Made by a program: the position numbers and the translations under genes
The notes under the pieces: generated by a model
What the model was told of the DNA's origin: nothing
Database searches by the model: none
The model's input: the letters and a program-made list of their open reading frames with translations, nothing else
Shown here: piece by piece, positions 1 through 10,424 of the stretch
Layout of the letters: each line of letters begins with the position of its first letter
Numbering within the stretch: the stretch's first letter is position 1
Source of the DNA: an uncultured Acidobacteriota bacterium
Lineage (GTDB): Bacteria > Acidobacteriota > UBA6911
Direction: 5' to 3'
Length of the DNA: 64,000 bases
NCBI GenBank assembly: GCA_963809485.1
Contig: CAWEJX010000020.1
Span: forward strand, 1,056,001 to 1,120,000

Positions 1-1063
1 GATACAAGACGATCAGCCTCGCCAGCTTCAAATCTCTCATTGCAATGTTCATGGAAGGGGTCAGGCGCGGCGCATCCATCCGCTTGCATTCCACTCCTAT
101 ATGCTTGCCATCCTTGATCAGCAATAAATCCAATTCGGCGCCCGCATGGGTAGCCCAGAAATATGATTGCTCCGGTTCGACTGCTTTCAAAGTTTCCTCG
201 ATGACGTAACCTTCCCAGGAAGCTCCGTTGCGCGGATGAACGGCGAGCTCCTGTTCCGTACGTATGCCGAGCAGGTAGTGGAGAAGCCCTGTATCGCGGA
301 AATATATCTTTGGCGATTTCACCTGGCGCTTGCCCAAATTTGCATGCCATGGCTGCAGCTGGCGCACCATGAATACATCCTGAAGCAAATCCACGTAACG
401 ACGGGCAGTGCCTTCGCTGATATCCAGGGTTCGGGCAGCTTCGGAGTTGTTCCAGACCTGGCCGTGATAATGCGCCAGCATGCTCCAAAATCGAAACAGG
501 CTGGTAGCGGGTATGCTGAATCCGAACTGCGGGACATCCCTCTCCAGGAAGGTAGTAACGAAATCCTTCCGCCAGGCGAGACTCTCCTCCTCAGAAGTGG
601 CCAGGTAAGAAAGTGGGAATCCGCCGCGCTGCCAATGCCGGGATTGAGATGCGAAGCCCACTTCTTCGAGGCTGAATCCGCCCATGGAGATGATCGTGAG
701 ACGCCCGGCCAGCGATTCGGATGATTGACGCAGCAGTTCGGGCGAGGCGCTGCCGAGTATGAGGAATCGGGCCGGCAGGGGCTTCCGATCGCACAGAACC
801 CGCAACACAGGAAAAAGATCAGGCCGGCGCTGGATTTCGTCGATGACGACCAGCCCGTGCAATTCCTGAAGCGCTATCATGGGCTGATCCAGGCGCGCAA
901 GGCTGAAAGGATTCTCCAAATCGAAATAGTTTATGGATTCGGGGGACAGAAATCGGCGGGCTAGAGTTGTTTTACCGCACTGGCGCGGTCCGATCAGCGC
1001 TACCGCACGACTGCGTTTCAGGGACCTTTCTATTCTATGGAACAAGGCTGTCCGGGGAATCAT
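1..1063 (-). CDS. AAA+ ATPase (AAA_14) with C-terminal DUF4143 domain, 3' end runs off the window
   Basis: Not in the ORF track (no stop in window). Manual minus-strand translation from ATG at 1063: MIPRTALFHRIERSLKRSRAVALIGPRQCGKTTLAR (Walker A) ... LVVIDEIQRRPDLF (Walker B) ... ILGSAS ... GASWEGYVIE ... FWATHAGAELDLL ... GVECK. Confidence 0.88.
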   Translation of the reverse strand, partial: MIPRTALFHRIERSLKRSRAVALIGPRQCGKTTLARRFLSPESINYFDLENPFSLARLDQPMIALQELHGLVVIDEIQRRPDLFPVLRVLCDRKPLPARFLILGSASPELLRQSSESLAGRLTIISMGGFSLEEVGFASQSRHWQRGGFPLSYLATSEEESLAWRKDFVTTFLERDVPQFGFSIPATSLFRFWSMLAHYHGQVWNNSEAARTLDISEGTARRYVDLLQDVFMVRQLQPWHANLGKRQVKSPKIYFRDTGLLHYLLGIRTEQELAVHPRNGASWEGYVIEETLKAVEPEQSYFWATHAGAELDLLLIKDGKHIGVECKRMDAPRLTPSMNIAMRDLKLARLIVLY

Positions 1064-1294
1064 AGGCGTATTATACCTTGAAAATCCGTCATCGCATGAA
1101 AGATTTTCAAGTTTGATGCGTTTCGAGATTCCAGGGTCTAGCTGCTTTGGTAGAATTGGGACGAGATCCACTGCCCTGAACCGCTGGAATATGCTGACCT
1201 TTGCGTTAGGTATCAGCTTTCGTCGGCGTTTAATGATCCTGGAACTGTATAACTCTGTCAGTTCCCCGATAGAGCAGAGGGATTGCCGATACAT

Positions 1295-2212
1295 TTATTG
1301 ACTGCCGCCCAATTCCAGCATTCTCTCCAGGGCGCGCAGCGCCTTTGAGGCGATCCCCTTCTCAACTGCTATAACTTCGCCGCCGTCCCCCAGGAGCGCG
1401 CGCTTGATGGAAAGCAACGACCCGCGCTTCATGTTCGGGCAGACGATCTCATCGGAAACCGGGAAGAAACGCTTGGAGGGATTATGCTTTTCCAGCGTAT
1501 GCAGGAGCCCGATTTCAGTCGCAATAATGAATTCCTGCTTATCGCTCGCGGCCACATGGCGACACATGCCTCCCGTCGACAGCACCGCGTCGGCAAGCGC
1601 CCGACACTCTCGCGGAGCCTCGGGGTGGATGAGTAGTTCGGCGCCGGGATGCGCTTCGCGCGCCGCAAGGATCATATCGGGACGTATACGGAGATGTGTG
1701 GGACACAGTCCGTTCCAAAGCACCATGGTCCGGCCGGTTCGCTCCTCCACCCACGACCCGAGGTGCCGATCGGGAACAAAGATGATGCCTCGGCCGGCCG
1801 GGAGCTTGCGGGCGATCTGCTCGGCGTTGGAACTGGTGCAGCACACATCCGACAGCGCTTTGATTTCCGCCGTGGAATTGACATAGCACATAACAAGATG
1901 ATCGGGGTGGCGCTCCTTGAGTTCGCGCAGTTCATGGGCCTCGATCATGTCGGCCATGGGGCAGCCGGCCAGCGGTTCGGGAAGGATGACTCTGCGCGAC
2001 GGATTGAGGATTGCGGCGGTCTCGGCCATAAAGCGCACCCCGCAGAAAATGATCAGAGAGGCAGCCGATCGCCTTGCCTCTACGCTCAATCCATACGAAT
2101 CGCCCACATAATCCGCACAGTCCTGCACGCTCCCCGGCTGATACGTGTGGGCAAGAATCACCGCGTCGCGTTCTCTCTTGAGTGAGGCGATTTCTTCGCG
2201 GATGTCCTCCAT
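1295..2212 (-). CDS. nadA: quinolinate synthase A
   Basis: ILAHTYQ, GDSY, FCGVRFMAETAAILNP, AGCPMAD, YVNSTAEIKA, CCTSSNA, CPTH, HPE and CPNMK motifs; start set at ATG 2212 behind AAGGA. Confidence 0.95.
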   Translation of the reverse strand: MEDIREEIASLKRERDAVILAHTYQPGSVQDCADYVGDSYGLSVEARRSAASLIIFCGVRFMAETAAILNPSRRVILPEPLAGCPMADMIEAHELRELKERHPDHLVMCYVNSTAEIKALSDVCCTSSNAEQIARKLPAGRGIIFVPDRHLGSWVEERTGRTMVLWNGLCPTHLRIRPDMILAAREAHPGAELLIHPEAPRECRALADAVLSTGGMCRHVAASDKQEFIIATEIGLLHTLEKHNPSKRFFPVSDEIVCPNMKRGSLLSIKRALLGDGGEVIAVEKGIASKALRALERMLELGGSQ

Positions 2213-2345
2213 TGGATTCCTTTCCGGCAAACATCAGGATCCACCGATGCCGATTTTTCCCGACCTCCCGTCAGCGGCCGCGCCAACCCCTTGCCGTAAA
2301 TCGGGATCGTTCCCGATCTCCAAAAACGATACATCCGGAACCCGA

Positions 2346-2375
2346 TTGACGATCCATACCACAATGTGGTACTAG
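2346..2375 (+). promoter_or_regulatory. putative sigma70 promoter overlapped by a 15-bp palindromic operator
   Basis: TTGACG at 2346-2351 and TGGTACTAG downstream; perfect 7-1-7 palindrome TACCACA-A-TGTGGTA at 2357-2371 in the divergent nadA/regulator spacer. Confidence 0.45.
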
Positions 2376-2488
2376 CAGACAGAATCATGATAATATGCGG
2401 CTGAGGCGTTTTCAAGACGGCGTCCCACCCCGTCCTGGGAGGCGCCGGGGAATGGATAATGTTCAAGGACTGTGACATCAGGATATTC

Positions 2489-2869
2489 ATGAATAAACAT
2501 GAGTTTTCGCATGCGCGGGCCAGGCTGGGCAAAACGCAATCGCAGATGGCGGACCTGCTGAGAACTTCTCCCAAGGCCATTCAAAGCTATGAACAGGGCT
2601 GGCGGTCCATCCCGGCTCACGCTGAACGGCAGATGTTGTTTCTGCTGGCGCTGAAGGACCGGAAAAGAGCCCGGAAGCCATGCTGGACTGTCAGAAAATG
2701 CTCTGCGGAACAGAGGAGGAATTGTCCTGCATGGGAATTCAACACGGGGAGTTTCTGCTGGTTCATCAACGGAACCCTGTGCGGGGGAAAAGTTCAGCAT
2801 GACTGGCACAAAAAGATGAAGATCTGCAGGTCCTGCGGCGTGATGGCCGCAGTATTGAGATCGGAGTAA
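2489..2869 (+). CDS. XRE-family HTH regulator with Cys-rich two-CW-type C-terminal domain
   Basis: ARARLGKTQSQMADLLRTSPKAIQSYEQGWRSIP (HTH_XRE), then CW..KC....CPAW...CWFINGTLCGG...CRSC. Confidence 0.8.
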   Translation: MNKHEFSHARARLGKTQSQMADLLRTSPKAIQSYEQGWRSIPAHAERQMLFLLALKDRKRARKPCWTVRKCSAEQRRNCPAWEFNTGSFCWFINGTLCGGKVQHDWHKKMKICRSCGVMAAVLRSE

Positions 2870-2879
2870 CCACATTACC

Positions 2880-3182
2880 ATGGGCGGCTTCAGCAAGGAT
2901 TTGAGGGAATTTGTATTGTGGCCCGGCAAGACCATCACAAGAGTCCGGGATACCGATCGTCCTTCGTTCGAGAATGCTCCGCCTGGTTATGCAAAAATGC
3001 GCAGATATTGCTCCAATCACCTGGAAGTGAAGATAAGGGATGCCGATTCCTTCATTCAAAGGATCGCCGGTTGTCACCATGTCATGGTTGCGGGAAATTA
3101 CCGCAAGGCCGTGTGTGACGCCATGATGAGAATGAATGCGAGGATTGTCGGGCCCTCCGACCTGTCAGCAGTGGAATCCTAA
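2880..3182 (+). pseudogene. probable C-terminal remnant of an L-fucose/L-arabinose isomerase-like protein
   Basis: CSNHLEVKIRDADSF..IAGCHHVMVAGNY resembles the C-terminal region of this family; only 100 aa, no clear RBS. Confidence 0.4.
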
Positions 3183-3212
3183 TTGCGGCTGTAAGCTTCC
3201 CAGAAGAAAATA

Positions 3213-3251
3213 ACGCCGACATACGCCGAAAAAACCGCTGACGAACGCCGA
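3213..3251 (+). repeat. 4x ACGCYGA phased module
   Basis: acgccgacat-acgccgaaaaaa-ccgctgacga-acgccga (10/12/10 spacing); partial inverted unit at ~3272-3283. Confidence 0.75.
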
Positions 3252-3422
3252 CAAAGCAAGTAATGATCAGTTCGTCGGCGTTAACAGGATTGCAGCGGCT
3301 TGACGGCGCCTGGTCCTGCCTAAACTTCATTGCTATGGACTGCCGGACTTCGGTAGAATAGGCCCAAATTCCGGAATTGCTTCTCACTGCATTTCACCGG
3401 CTGTCGACGTGGAGGATGCCTC

Positions 3423-6095
3423 ATGATAGGCAAGACGCTCGGCCATTATCAAATTACCAGTCAGCTCGGCAAAGGCGGCATGGGGGAAGTCTTTCAGGCC
3501 AAAGATCAGGTCCTTGGCCGCGAGGTGGCGATCAAGGTACTGCCTGAGGAGTTTGCCCGGGACACGGACCGGGTTGCCCGTTTCCGGCGGGAAGCCAAGG
3601 TTCTGGCTTCCCTGAATCATACGAATATCGCCGCCATTCACGGCCTGGAGGAATCCGGCGGAACAAACTTCCTGGTGCTCGAACTGATCGAAGGGGAAAC
3701 GCTGGCGGACCGGTTGAAGAGCGGCCCTATCCCTGTTGAGGAGTCCCTGAAGCTGGCTCTTCAAACTGCCGAAGCCCTTGAGGCGGCACATGAGAAGGGC
3801 GTGATCCACCGCGACCTGAAGCCCTCCAATATCAAGCTGACGCCGGAAGGCAAAGTGAAGGTATTGGATTTCGGATTGGCAAAGGCCTATGCCGGAGACC
3901 GGGATGAAGTAAACCTGTCGAACTCTCCCACATTGAGCGATGCGGCCACACAGCAGGGAGTCATTCTGGGAACGGCTGCGTATATGTCGCCGGAACAGGC
4001 GCGCGGAAAACCCGTGGACAAGCGGGCGGACATCTGGGCATTCGGCTGCGTCCTGTTCGAGATGCTGGCAGGCCGGTCTGCATTCTCCGGAAAGGACGTA
4101 ACCGACCTTCTGGCCGCCGTTATCCGCTCAGAACCGAAGTGGGGCAGCCTGCCGGCGAACCTGCATTGGCGTTTGCGGGAGGTGCTGGAACGCTGCCTGA
4201 AGAAGGACGCCAGGGACCGATACCATGACATTTCCGACGTGAAGGCGGATATTCAGAGAGTTTTGACTGACCCGAGCGGTGTGCTTGCGCAACCGCACAT
4301 TGAAGCGGAGCCTCGGACGAAACTGCGAACCATGCTGCCGTGGCTTGCAGCCGCTCTCGTGCTGGGGGCGATCGGCTCCGGGATCGCTGTCTGGAGATTG
4401 AAGCAGCCGCCTTCACCCGAACCGCGCCGTGTCATCCGCCTCGAGCATAATCTGCCCGAAGGCCAGCAATTCAATTTTAGTCCGACAATGTCGGGTCATT
4501 TGCTGGCCGTTTCTCCTGACGGCAGCAAATTCGTCTATAGCACTGCCAAAGGGCTTTACCTACGTTCCGTGGACGAACTGAATGCCGGCCTCATAGCCGG
4601 AACCAGTGACAATCCGCAATCGCCGTTCTTCTCATTCGACGGCCAATGGGTCGGCTACTGGTCCAAGGCTGACGGCAAGTTGAAAAAAATCGCCGTCCGC
4701 GGCGGCGCACCAGTGACTCTAAGCGATGTCACCTGGCTTTATGGCGCGACCTGGTATCCGGACAATACTATTGTGTATGCCGATTCGCTGAAAGGCGTCA
4801 TGCGCGTTTCTGCCAACGGAGGAACTCCGGAAGTACTTGTTAAGGGACCCTCTATTAGTCCGCAACTCCTGCCGGATGGAAAATCAATAATATTCACGGA
4901 TGTATCCGCGACGCCATATCGGATTATCGTCCAGACGCTCGAATCGGGAAAGCGGAAGGAACTGTTCGCAGGAGGGGGCGCCCAGTATCTTCCGACCGGG
5001 CACCTGATATATTGGCTGCAAAACAACCATAACCTTTTTGCCATTCCATTCGACCTCCGGAAACTTGAAGTCACAGGTGGGCCGGTTCCCATCGTCGAAG
5101 GTGTGGGATATTGTGCTATTTCCGACTCGGGAACTCTGGTCTATATGCCATACACAGGAGCCTCCGCAGCTGCAGCGCCCGGACGCACGCTGGTCCTGGT
5201 GGACCGGAAGGGAAAAGAAGAGTCTCTTGAAGTAGCCTCCAATTCGTATCGCTATCCCAGGTTTTCTCCCGATGGAACGAAAGTGGCTATAGCCATTTTT
5301 GGCGATAACACAGACATCTGGATCAGGGATATAGCCCGCAAGACCCTGACGCGCCTGACCTTCGAGGAGAGCAGCGAAATAGTTCCTGTATGGAGTCCGG
5401 ACGGCAAACGTATCGCCTTTTATTCCGATCGAAACAATAAGAGTGGCGTCTACCGGAAGGCAGCCGATGGAACCGGAGAGGTGGAGCAACTCTACTCGAC
5501 ATCGGCCATCATAATGCCATATTGCTGGTCGAGCGATGGAAACGCCTTGCTCATAGGACAGTTTGTCGGGGATGGAATGAGCAACCAGGATGTAAGCTTG
5601 CTGTCCACGCAAGGCGACCCGGCCGTTACACCGCTTTTGCGGGATAAATATATGGAAATGCAGGCGAGGATTTCGCCTGATGGCCGATGGATGGCTTATA
5701 CCTCCAACGAGTCAGGCAAGAATGAAATCTATGTGCGTCCGTTCCCTGATGTGAACAAGGGACGGTGGCAAGTATCCACAGAAGGCGGGGACAGCCCCCT
5801 CTGGTCGCCGGATGGCAGGGAGATATTCTATCTAAACGGCGATGCAATCATGGCGGTCCCGGTGGAAACCAAAGCAGCCTTCAGCCCCGGAACTCCCAAG
5901 CCTCTTTTTCATGGAAAATATGTTGCGGCTTACCCTGCTGATGGCACTCCATGGGACATCAGCCCCGACGGAAAACGCTTCCTGATGATAAAGCCGCCCG
6001 CATCCCCCGGCGACCAATCAACGGAGCAGCCGCGAAAACTCAACATAGTCCTGAACTGGACGGAAGAACTGAAACAGCGAGTTCCGGTAAAGTAG
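3423..6095 (+). CDS. Hanks-type Ser/Thr protein kinase with TM segment and PD40/TolB-like beta-propeller
   Basis: LGKGGMGEV, VAIK, HRDLKPSN, DFGLAK, GTAAYMSPEQ, DIWAFG; TM ~aa 305-325; repeated SPDG/WSPDG motifs. Confidence 0.93.
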   Translation: MIGKTLGHYQITSQLGKGGMGEVFQAKDQVLGREVAIKVLPEEFARDTDRVARFRREAKVLASLNHTNIAAIHGLEESGGTNFLVLELIEGETLADRLKSGPIPVEESLKLALQTAEALEAAHEKGVIHRDLKPSNIKLTPEGKVKVLDFGLAKAYAGDRDEVNLSNSPTLSDAATQQGVILGTAAYMSPEQARGKPVDKRADIWAFGCVLFEMLAGRSAFSGKDVTDLLAAVIRSEPKWGSLPANLHWRLREVLERCLKKDARDRYHDISDVKADIQRVLTDPSGVLAQPHIEAEPRTKLRTMLPWLAAALVLGAIGSGIAVWRLKQPPSPEPRRVIRLEHNLPEGQQFNFSPTMSGHLLAVSPDGSKFVYSTAKGLYLRSVDELNAGLIAGTSDNPQSPFFSFDGQWVGYWSKADGKLKKIAVRGGAPVTLSDVTWLYGATWYPDNTIVYADSLKGVMRVSANGGTPEVLVKGPSISPQLLPDGKSIIFTDVSATPYRIIVQTLESGKRKELFAGGGAQYLPTGHLIYWLQNNHNLFAIPFDLRKLEVTGGPVPIVEGVGYCAISDSGTLVYMPYTGASAAAAPGRTLVLVDRKGKEESLEVASNSYRYPRFSPDGTKVAIAIFGDNTDIWIRDIARKTLTRLTFEESSEIVPVWSPDGKRIAFYSDRNNKSGVYRKAADGTGEVEQLYSTSAIIMPYCWSSDGNALLIGQFVGDGMSNQDVSLLSTQGDPAVTPLLRDKYMEMQARISPDGRWMAYTSNESGKNEIYVRPFPDVNKGRWQVSTEGGDSPLWSPDGREIFYLNGDAIMAVPVETKAAFSPGTPKPLFHGKYVAAYPADGTPWDISPDGKRFLMIKPPASPGDQSTEQPRKLNIVLNWTEELKQRVPVK

Positions 6096-6282
6096 CGATA
6101 CCTGGTGGTTCCGCCCTTTCGGCCTGGAAGAAGACCCTGTGAACATGCTGACGCTTTTCGTTATAGCATTTTCCCTGATTGCGTTTGGCATTCCCTTGTT
6201 TGGAGTCGAGTCGGGATTCAATTTCGCGCTGCAGCAAAAGGCTCCCCCGCCACAGTTGGCGGGGGAGTACCAATGAACCGGC

Positions 6283-6759
6283 CTATTGCTTGTCATAAAC
6301 CACGAGATATTCAAACGATTTTCCATCTGGAAGGGGGACCTTCGCGCTGCCGCTGAAGATCTTGCCGTCCGGGCTGATGTTCATCTGCATCAGGAAAACC
6401 TGTTTGCCATCCTGCAAATAAACGTTGACGATATGATACGGATCTATTTTCGCGGCAACAATCGAAATACCCTTCTCGGGGCCGCCCTGCTGGTATTTTT
6501 GAATGCCCCCGCTTATCGGCACGGTCCATTTCGATACAACGACCTTGCCGTCCTTCTGGGTTGTGGTTGAGATTGATTCGTAGGTGTTGGGATCCAATGC
6601 CCGCATCTCGATGACGGTTTCCTTGACGTTTGCCATTTCACTGGGCGGAGCTTTCGATTTGGCAAGGTTGAGTTTCCACTTCCCTAAACTCGGATCTTGC
6701 GCCCAAACCATGCCTGCCAACACAAAAACGGCCAGAAAAAGCATCATTATCCTGCGCAT
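6283..6759 (-). CDS. secreted hypothetical protein (predicted beta-barrel, lipocalin-like)
   Basis: Signal peptide MRRIMMLFLAVFVLAGMVWA; GKWKLNLAKS motif; GGAGG RBS. Confidence 0.75.
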   Translation of the reverse strand: MRRIMMLFLAVFVLAGMVWAQDPSLGKWKLNLAKSKAPPSEMANVKETVIEMRALDPNTYESISTTTQKDGKVVVSKWTVPISGGIQKYQQGGPEKGISIVAAKIDPYHIVNVYLQDGKQVFLMQMNISPDGKIFSGSAKVPLPDGKSFEYLVVYDKQ

Positions 6760-7161
6760 GCGAAATACCCTCCGGTTAGTCTGCTGCTTTAATGCACGAA
6801 AGCTTTAGGCCAGCACTTCAGACAACATGAAAATCCGACGCGCTTGATTTGCCTGAAAGCGCGGAATGCCGAGCGAGCAAAAGAATCTTGAGCAATATTG
6901 AGCATAGACGTTTGCCTGAGATGCTGTATTTAACAATATTCCTACACAAAGCTGGGGGCATAGTCAATACGTTGCTGTTCAGGTCAACGGCTTCCCGCAA
7001 AATCGGGGATTTGATTGTGAACCGCTCAAAGTGGCTCGTCCGGGAAACGAGGCATTGGACACAATCCGCCGGAGGCTAAATATCCGTTTGGATCGGCTGG
7101 AGATATGCCTCCCCGGCGTGCTAGAATGCCAGTTCTTTTCCATATCAAGGAGCATGAGGGC

Positions 7162-10100
7162 GTGTCGCAACAAAATTTTGTGGAGATGGAGCACGAGGTT
7201 CTCGAATTCTGGGAGCGCGAAAATTGTTTCCAGCAGCTGGTGAAGAAAAACACCGGCAAACCTAAATGGTCTTTCCTGGATGGCCCCATCACGGCCAACA
7301 ACCCGATGGGCGTGCATCATGCCTGGGGCCGCACCTACAAGGACATTTTCCAGCGCTATCAGGCAATGACCGGGCACGAACTGCGCTACCAGAACGGCTT
7401 CGACTGCCAGGGATTGTGGGTGGAAGTGGAAGTTGAAAAGGAGCTCGGATTCAAATCCAAGCGCGACATCGAGGCCTACGGCATCGATGCTTTCGTCAAA
7501 AAATGTCGGGAGCGCGTGAACCGTTTTGCCGCCATCCAGAGCGAGCAGTCCGTCCGCCTGGGCTATTGGATGGACTGGAACAACTCGTACTACACGATGT
7601 CCGACGAGAACAACTACACCATCTGGACCTTCCTCAAAAAATGCCACCAGCGCGGCTTCATTTATCACGGTTGGGACGCGATGCCGTGGTGCCCGCGCTG
7701 CGGCACGGGAATTTCGCAGCACGAGATTTCCAACGAAGAACGGCCCGAGATCACCCATACATCCCCGACGGTACGCTTTCCCCTGATCGATCATCCGGGC
7801 GAATACCTGCTGGTCTGGACCACGACGCCCTGGACTCTTACCTCAAACGTCGCCTGCGCGGTACATCCCGAGCTGACCTATGCAAAAGTGCGCCAGGGGA
7901 ACGAGATCTACTACCTCATTCGGGACCGTGTGGAGGCCTGCATGGCTCCACACGGCCCGTACCAGATCCTCGAGGAATTCCCGGGCCAGCGTCTGGTGGG
8001 GTTGGCCTATAACGGCCCCTTCGACGAACTGGCAGCTCAAAAAAATGTCCGGCACACCGTTATCCCATGGAAAGAGGTCAGCACGACGGAAGGCACCGGC
8101 ATCGTTCACATCGCCCCGGGATGCGGCAAGGAGGACTACGAACTGGGCAAGGAATTCGGTCTTGCCGCAATCGCGCCCATCGACGAGTTCGGCATCATCC
8201 TCGAAGGCTTCGAGCCATTCACCGGCCAGACGGCCTCCGGCGTGGCCAAAAACATTCTCCGGTCGCTGAAGGAGAAAGGCCAGCTGTATCGGACCGAGGA
8301 ATACAAGCACGCCTACCCGATCTGCTGGCGCTGCAAGACGCAGCTTCTGTTCCGGCTGGTGGATGAGTGGTACATCAGCATGGACGAACTCCGGCACGAG
8401 ATCATCGAGGTCACCAAACAGACCCGCTGGATCCCGGAAGTCGGCCAGCAGCTGGAAATCGAGTGGCTGACCAACATGCACGACTGGATGATCTCCAAAA
8501 AGCGCTACTGGGGCCTGGCGCTGCCCATATATAAATGCCAGTCCTGCAATGTCTTCGATGTCATCGGCGGCCGCGAGGAATTGAAACAGCGGGCCGTGGA
8601 GGGCTGGGACCAGTTTGAAGGGCACACGCCCCACCGACCCTGGGTCGATGCGGTCAAAATCGGCTGTCCCAAATGCGGCGCCCCGACCAGCCGTATTCTT
8701 GACGTAGGAAATCCCTGGCTCGACGCAGGGATCGTGCCCTATTCGACCATGCGCTACAACACCGACCGCGCCTACTGGAACCAGTGGTTTCCCGCCAACT
8801 GGATTTCCGAGAGCTTCCCCGGTCAGTTCCGCAACTGGTTTTACGCCATCCTGGCCATGAGCACGGTTATGGAAAAACGCGCTCCCTTCCAGCTGATGTT
8901 CGGTTACCGGCTCATGAAAGACGAGAAGGGCCAGGAGATGCACAAGAGCAAAGGGAACGCGATCGAGTTCAACGAAGCGGCGGAGAAAGAGGGCGCCGAT
9001 GCAATGCGCTGGCTTTATGCCAGCCACAATCCCGAAAACGACCTCTGGTTCGGGTATCACAAGATCCATGAGGCGAGGCGCCAGTTCCTGACGCTGTGGA
9101 ATGTCTACGAGTTCTTCCTCACCTACGCGCGCATCGACCGGTTCGATCCGGCCGTGCCGCAGGTGCCTTATGAATCGCGCGGGGACCTGGACCGATGGAT
9201 CCTCTGCCGCCTGAACCGCCTGGTTGAAGCGGCTCACAAAAACTATTCGGGCTACAGCGTTCACCTGCTGATGCGCGAGGTGAACGCCTTCATCGATGCC
9301 CTCTCCCGGTGGTACCTGCGGCGCAGCCGCAGGCGCTTCTGGAAAAGCACCGACGACGACGACAAACTGGCCGCCTATCAGACGCTGTGGGAATGCCTGG
9401 TGACGACGGTCAAGGTCCTGGCTCCCGTCATCCCGTTCGCCGCGGAAAAAATATACCAGGAACTCGTGCGTTACTATGACGCCGGCGCGGAGCTTAGCGT
9501 GCACCTGTGCGATTTTCCGCAGCTGAATAGCGCTGCCGCAGTAAACGACCCGCGGCTGGTTCACATCATGGACTCTGTCCTGGAGCTGGTGGAGCAGGGG
9601 CACTCGGCGCGAAACAAGGCGGGTCATAAAGTCCGTCAGCCGCTCGCCGCCATGCGCATCGAGGCCGCAGAAAAATCCCTTCCCGAACAGATGACGCCCT
9701 TTCTGCCGCTGATCCTGGATGAACTCAATATCAAGAGGGCCGATTTTGTGGCTTCGGCAGCGGATCTCTACACTCTGTCGGCGCATCTGGATGCCAAAAC
9801 CGGCAAGCCGAAATTCGGCAGGCTTTATTCGGCGCTTCAGGAGGCTCTCGAGACCATGCAGGCAAGCGAAGTGGCAGCCCGGATCGGGGAGAAATCCGTC
9901 ATTAACCTTCAGGTCGGGCATGAAACCATTCCGTTGCTGCCGGAAGATATCGTCATTGAGAAAGTGCCCCGGAAACCATGGGTGATCTCAGAGGGAAATG
10001 GCTTCCTTGTGGCCATCAACACCGAGCTGGATGCCGATCTGGTCCGTGAAGGCCTCGTTCGCGACCTGGTGCGCCACATACAGAACATCCGCAAGGAAAT

Positions 10101-10299
10101 TGGGTTGGACGTGGCGGACCGCATACACATCGCCTATGCAGCCGCGGATAAACTTGCCGAAGCCGTTGCGGCGCACAGCGAGTACCTCGCAGGCGAAACG
10201 CTGGCGCTTGAAATCAAACGCAGAACGGAGCTTCCGGATTCAGCGCACGTGGTCAAGCTGGGATCGGAGAGCATCCACCTCGTGATAAACAAGGCGTGA
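7162..10299 (+). CDS. ileS: isoleucine--tRNA ligase, type 2
   Basis: DGPITANNPMGVHH (GXHH in place of HIGH), GFDCQGLWVE, WTTTPWTL, GTGIVHIAP, DWMISKKRYWG, EMHKS (KMSKS); type-2 C-terminus EGLVRDLVRHIQNIRK. Start uncertain (GTG 7162 chosen). Confidence 0.95.
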   Translation: MSQQNFVEMEHEVLEFWERENCFQQLVKKNTGKPKWSFLDGPITANNPMGVHHAWGRTYKDIFQRYQAMTGHELRYQNGFDCQGLWVEVEVEKELGFKSKRDIEAYGIDAFVKKCRERVNRFAAIQSEQSVRLGYWMDWNNSYYTMSDENNYTIWTFLKKCHQRGFIYHGWDAMPWCPRCGTGISQHEISNEERPEITHTSPTVRFPLIDHPGEYLLVWTTTPWTLTSNVACAVHPELTYAKVRQGNEIYYLIRDRVEACMAPHGPYQILEEFPGQRLVGLAYNGPFDELAAQKNVRHTVIPWKEVSTTEGTGIVHIAPGCGKEDYELGKEFGLAAIAPIDEFGIILEGFEPFTGQTASGVAKNILRSLKEKGQLYRTEEYKHAYPICWRCKTQLLFRLVDEWYISMDELRHEIIEVTKQTRWIPEVGQQLEIEWLTNMHDWMISKKRYWGLALPIYKCQSCNVFDVIGGREELKQRAVEGWDQFEGHTPHRPWVDAVKIGCPKCGAPTSRILDVGNPWLDAGIVPYSTMRYNTDRAYWNQWFPANWISESFPGQFRNWFYAILAMSTVMEKRAPFQLMFGYRLMKDEKGQEMHKSKGNAIEFNEAAEKEGADAMRWLYASHNPENDLWFGYHKIHEARRQFLTLWNVYEFFLTYARIDRFDPAVPQVPYESRGDLDRWILCRLNRLVEAAHKNYSGYSVHLLMREVNAFIDALSRWYLRRSRRRFWKSTDDDDKLAAYQTLWECLVTTVKVLAPVIPFAAEKIYQELVRYYDAGAELSVHLCDFPQLNSAAAVNDPRLVHIMDSVLELVEQGHSARNKAGHKVRQPLAAMRIEAAEKSLPEQMTPFLPLILDELNIKRADFVASAADLYTLSAHLDAKTGKPKFGRLYSALQEALETMQASEVAARIGEKSVINLQVGHETIPLLPEDIVIEKVPRKPWVISEGNGFLVAINTELDADLVREGLVRDLVRHIQNIRKEIGLDVADRIHIAYAAADKLAEAVAAHSEYLAGETLALEIKRRTELPDSAHVVKLGSESIHLVINKA

Positions 10300-10342
10300 G
10301 GATCTCGCGACAGTCGTTTTGAGACCGACTCTGGAGGCCCGT
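10298..10342. repeat. half copy of the 37578-37664 inverted-repeat miniature element
   Basis: gaggatctcgcgacagtcgttttgagaccgactctggaggcccgt aligns to 37617-37660. Confidence 0.6.
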
Positions 10343-10424
10343 ACGTAAAAATTTTAACGCTGACGCACGCCGAGGTACGCGAAAAATATAGTTAAAGAAT
10401 TTACGGGAATGAGAGTGTCCTTTA

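Noticed and set aside
2213-2400. NAD+ (nadA motif) riboswitch upstream of nadA
   Set aside because: Expected in Acidobacteria, but I could not find the conserved core as I recall it on the minus strand; only a small hairpin at 2300-2317. An Rfam scan would settle it.
7843-9921. Long antisense ORFs (692 aa here; also 167-724, 40618-41730, 42480-43748, 51949-53343, 54711-56150)
   Set aside because: Shadow frames of well-supported genes on the opposite strand, typical of high-GC codon usage.
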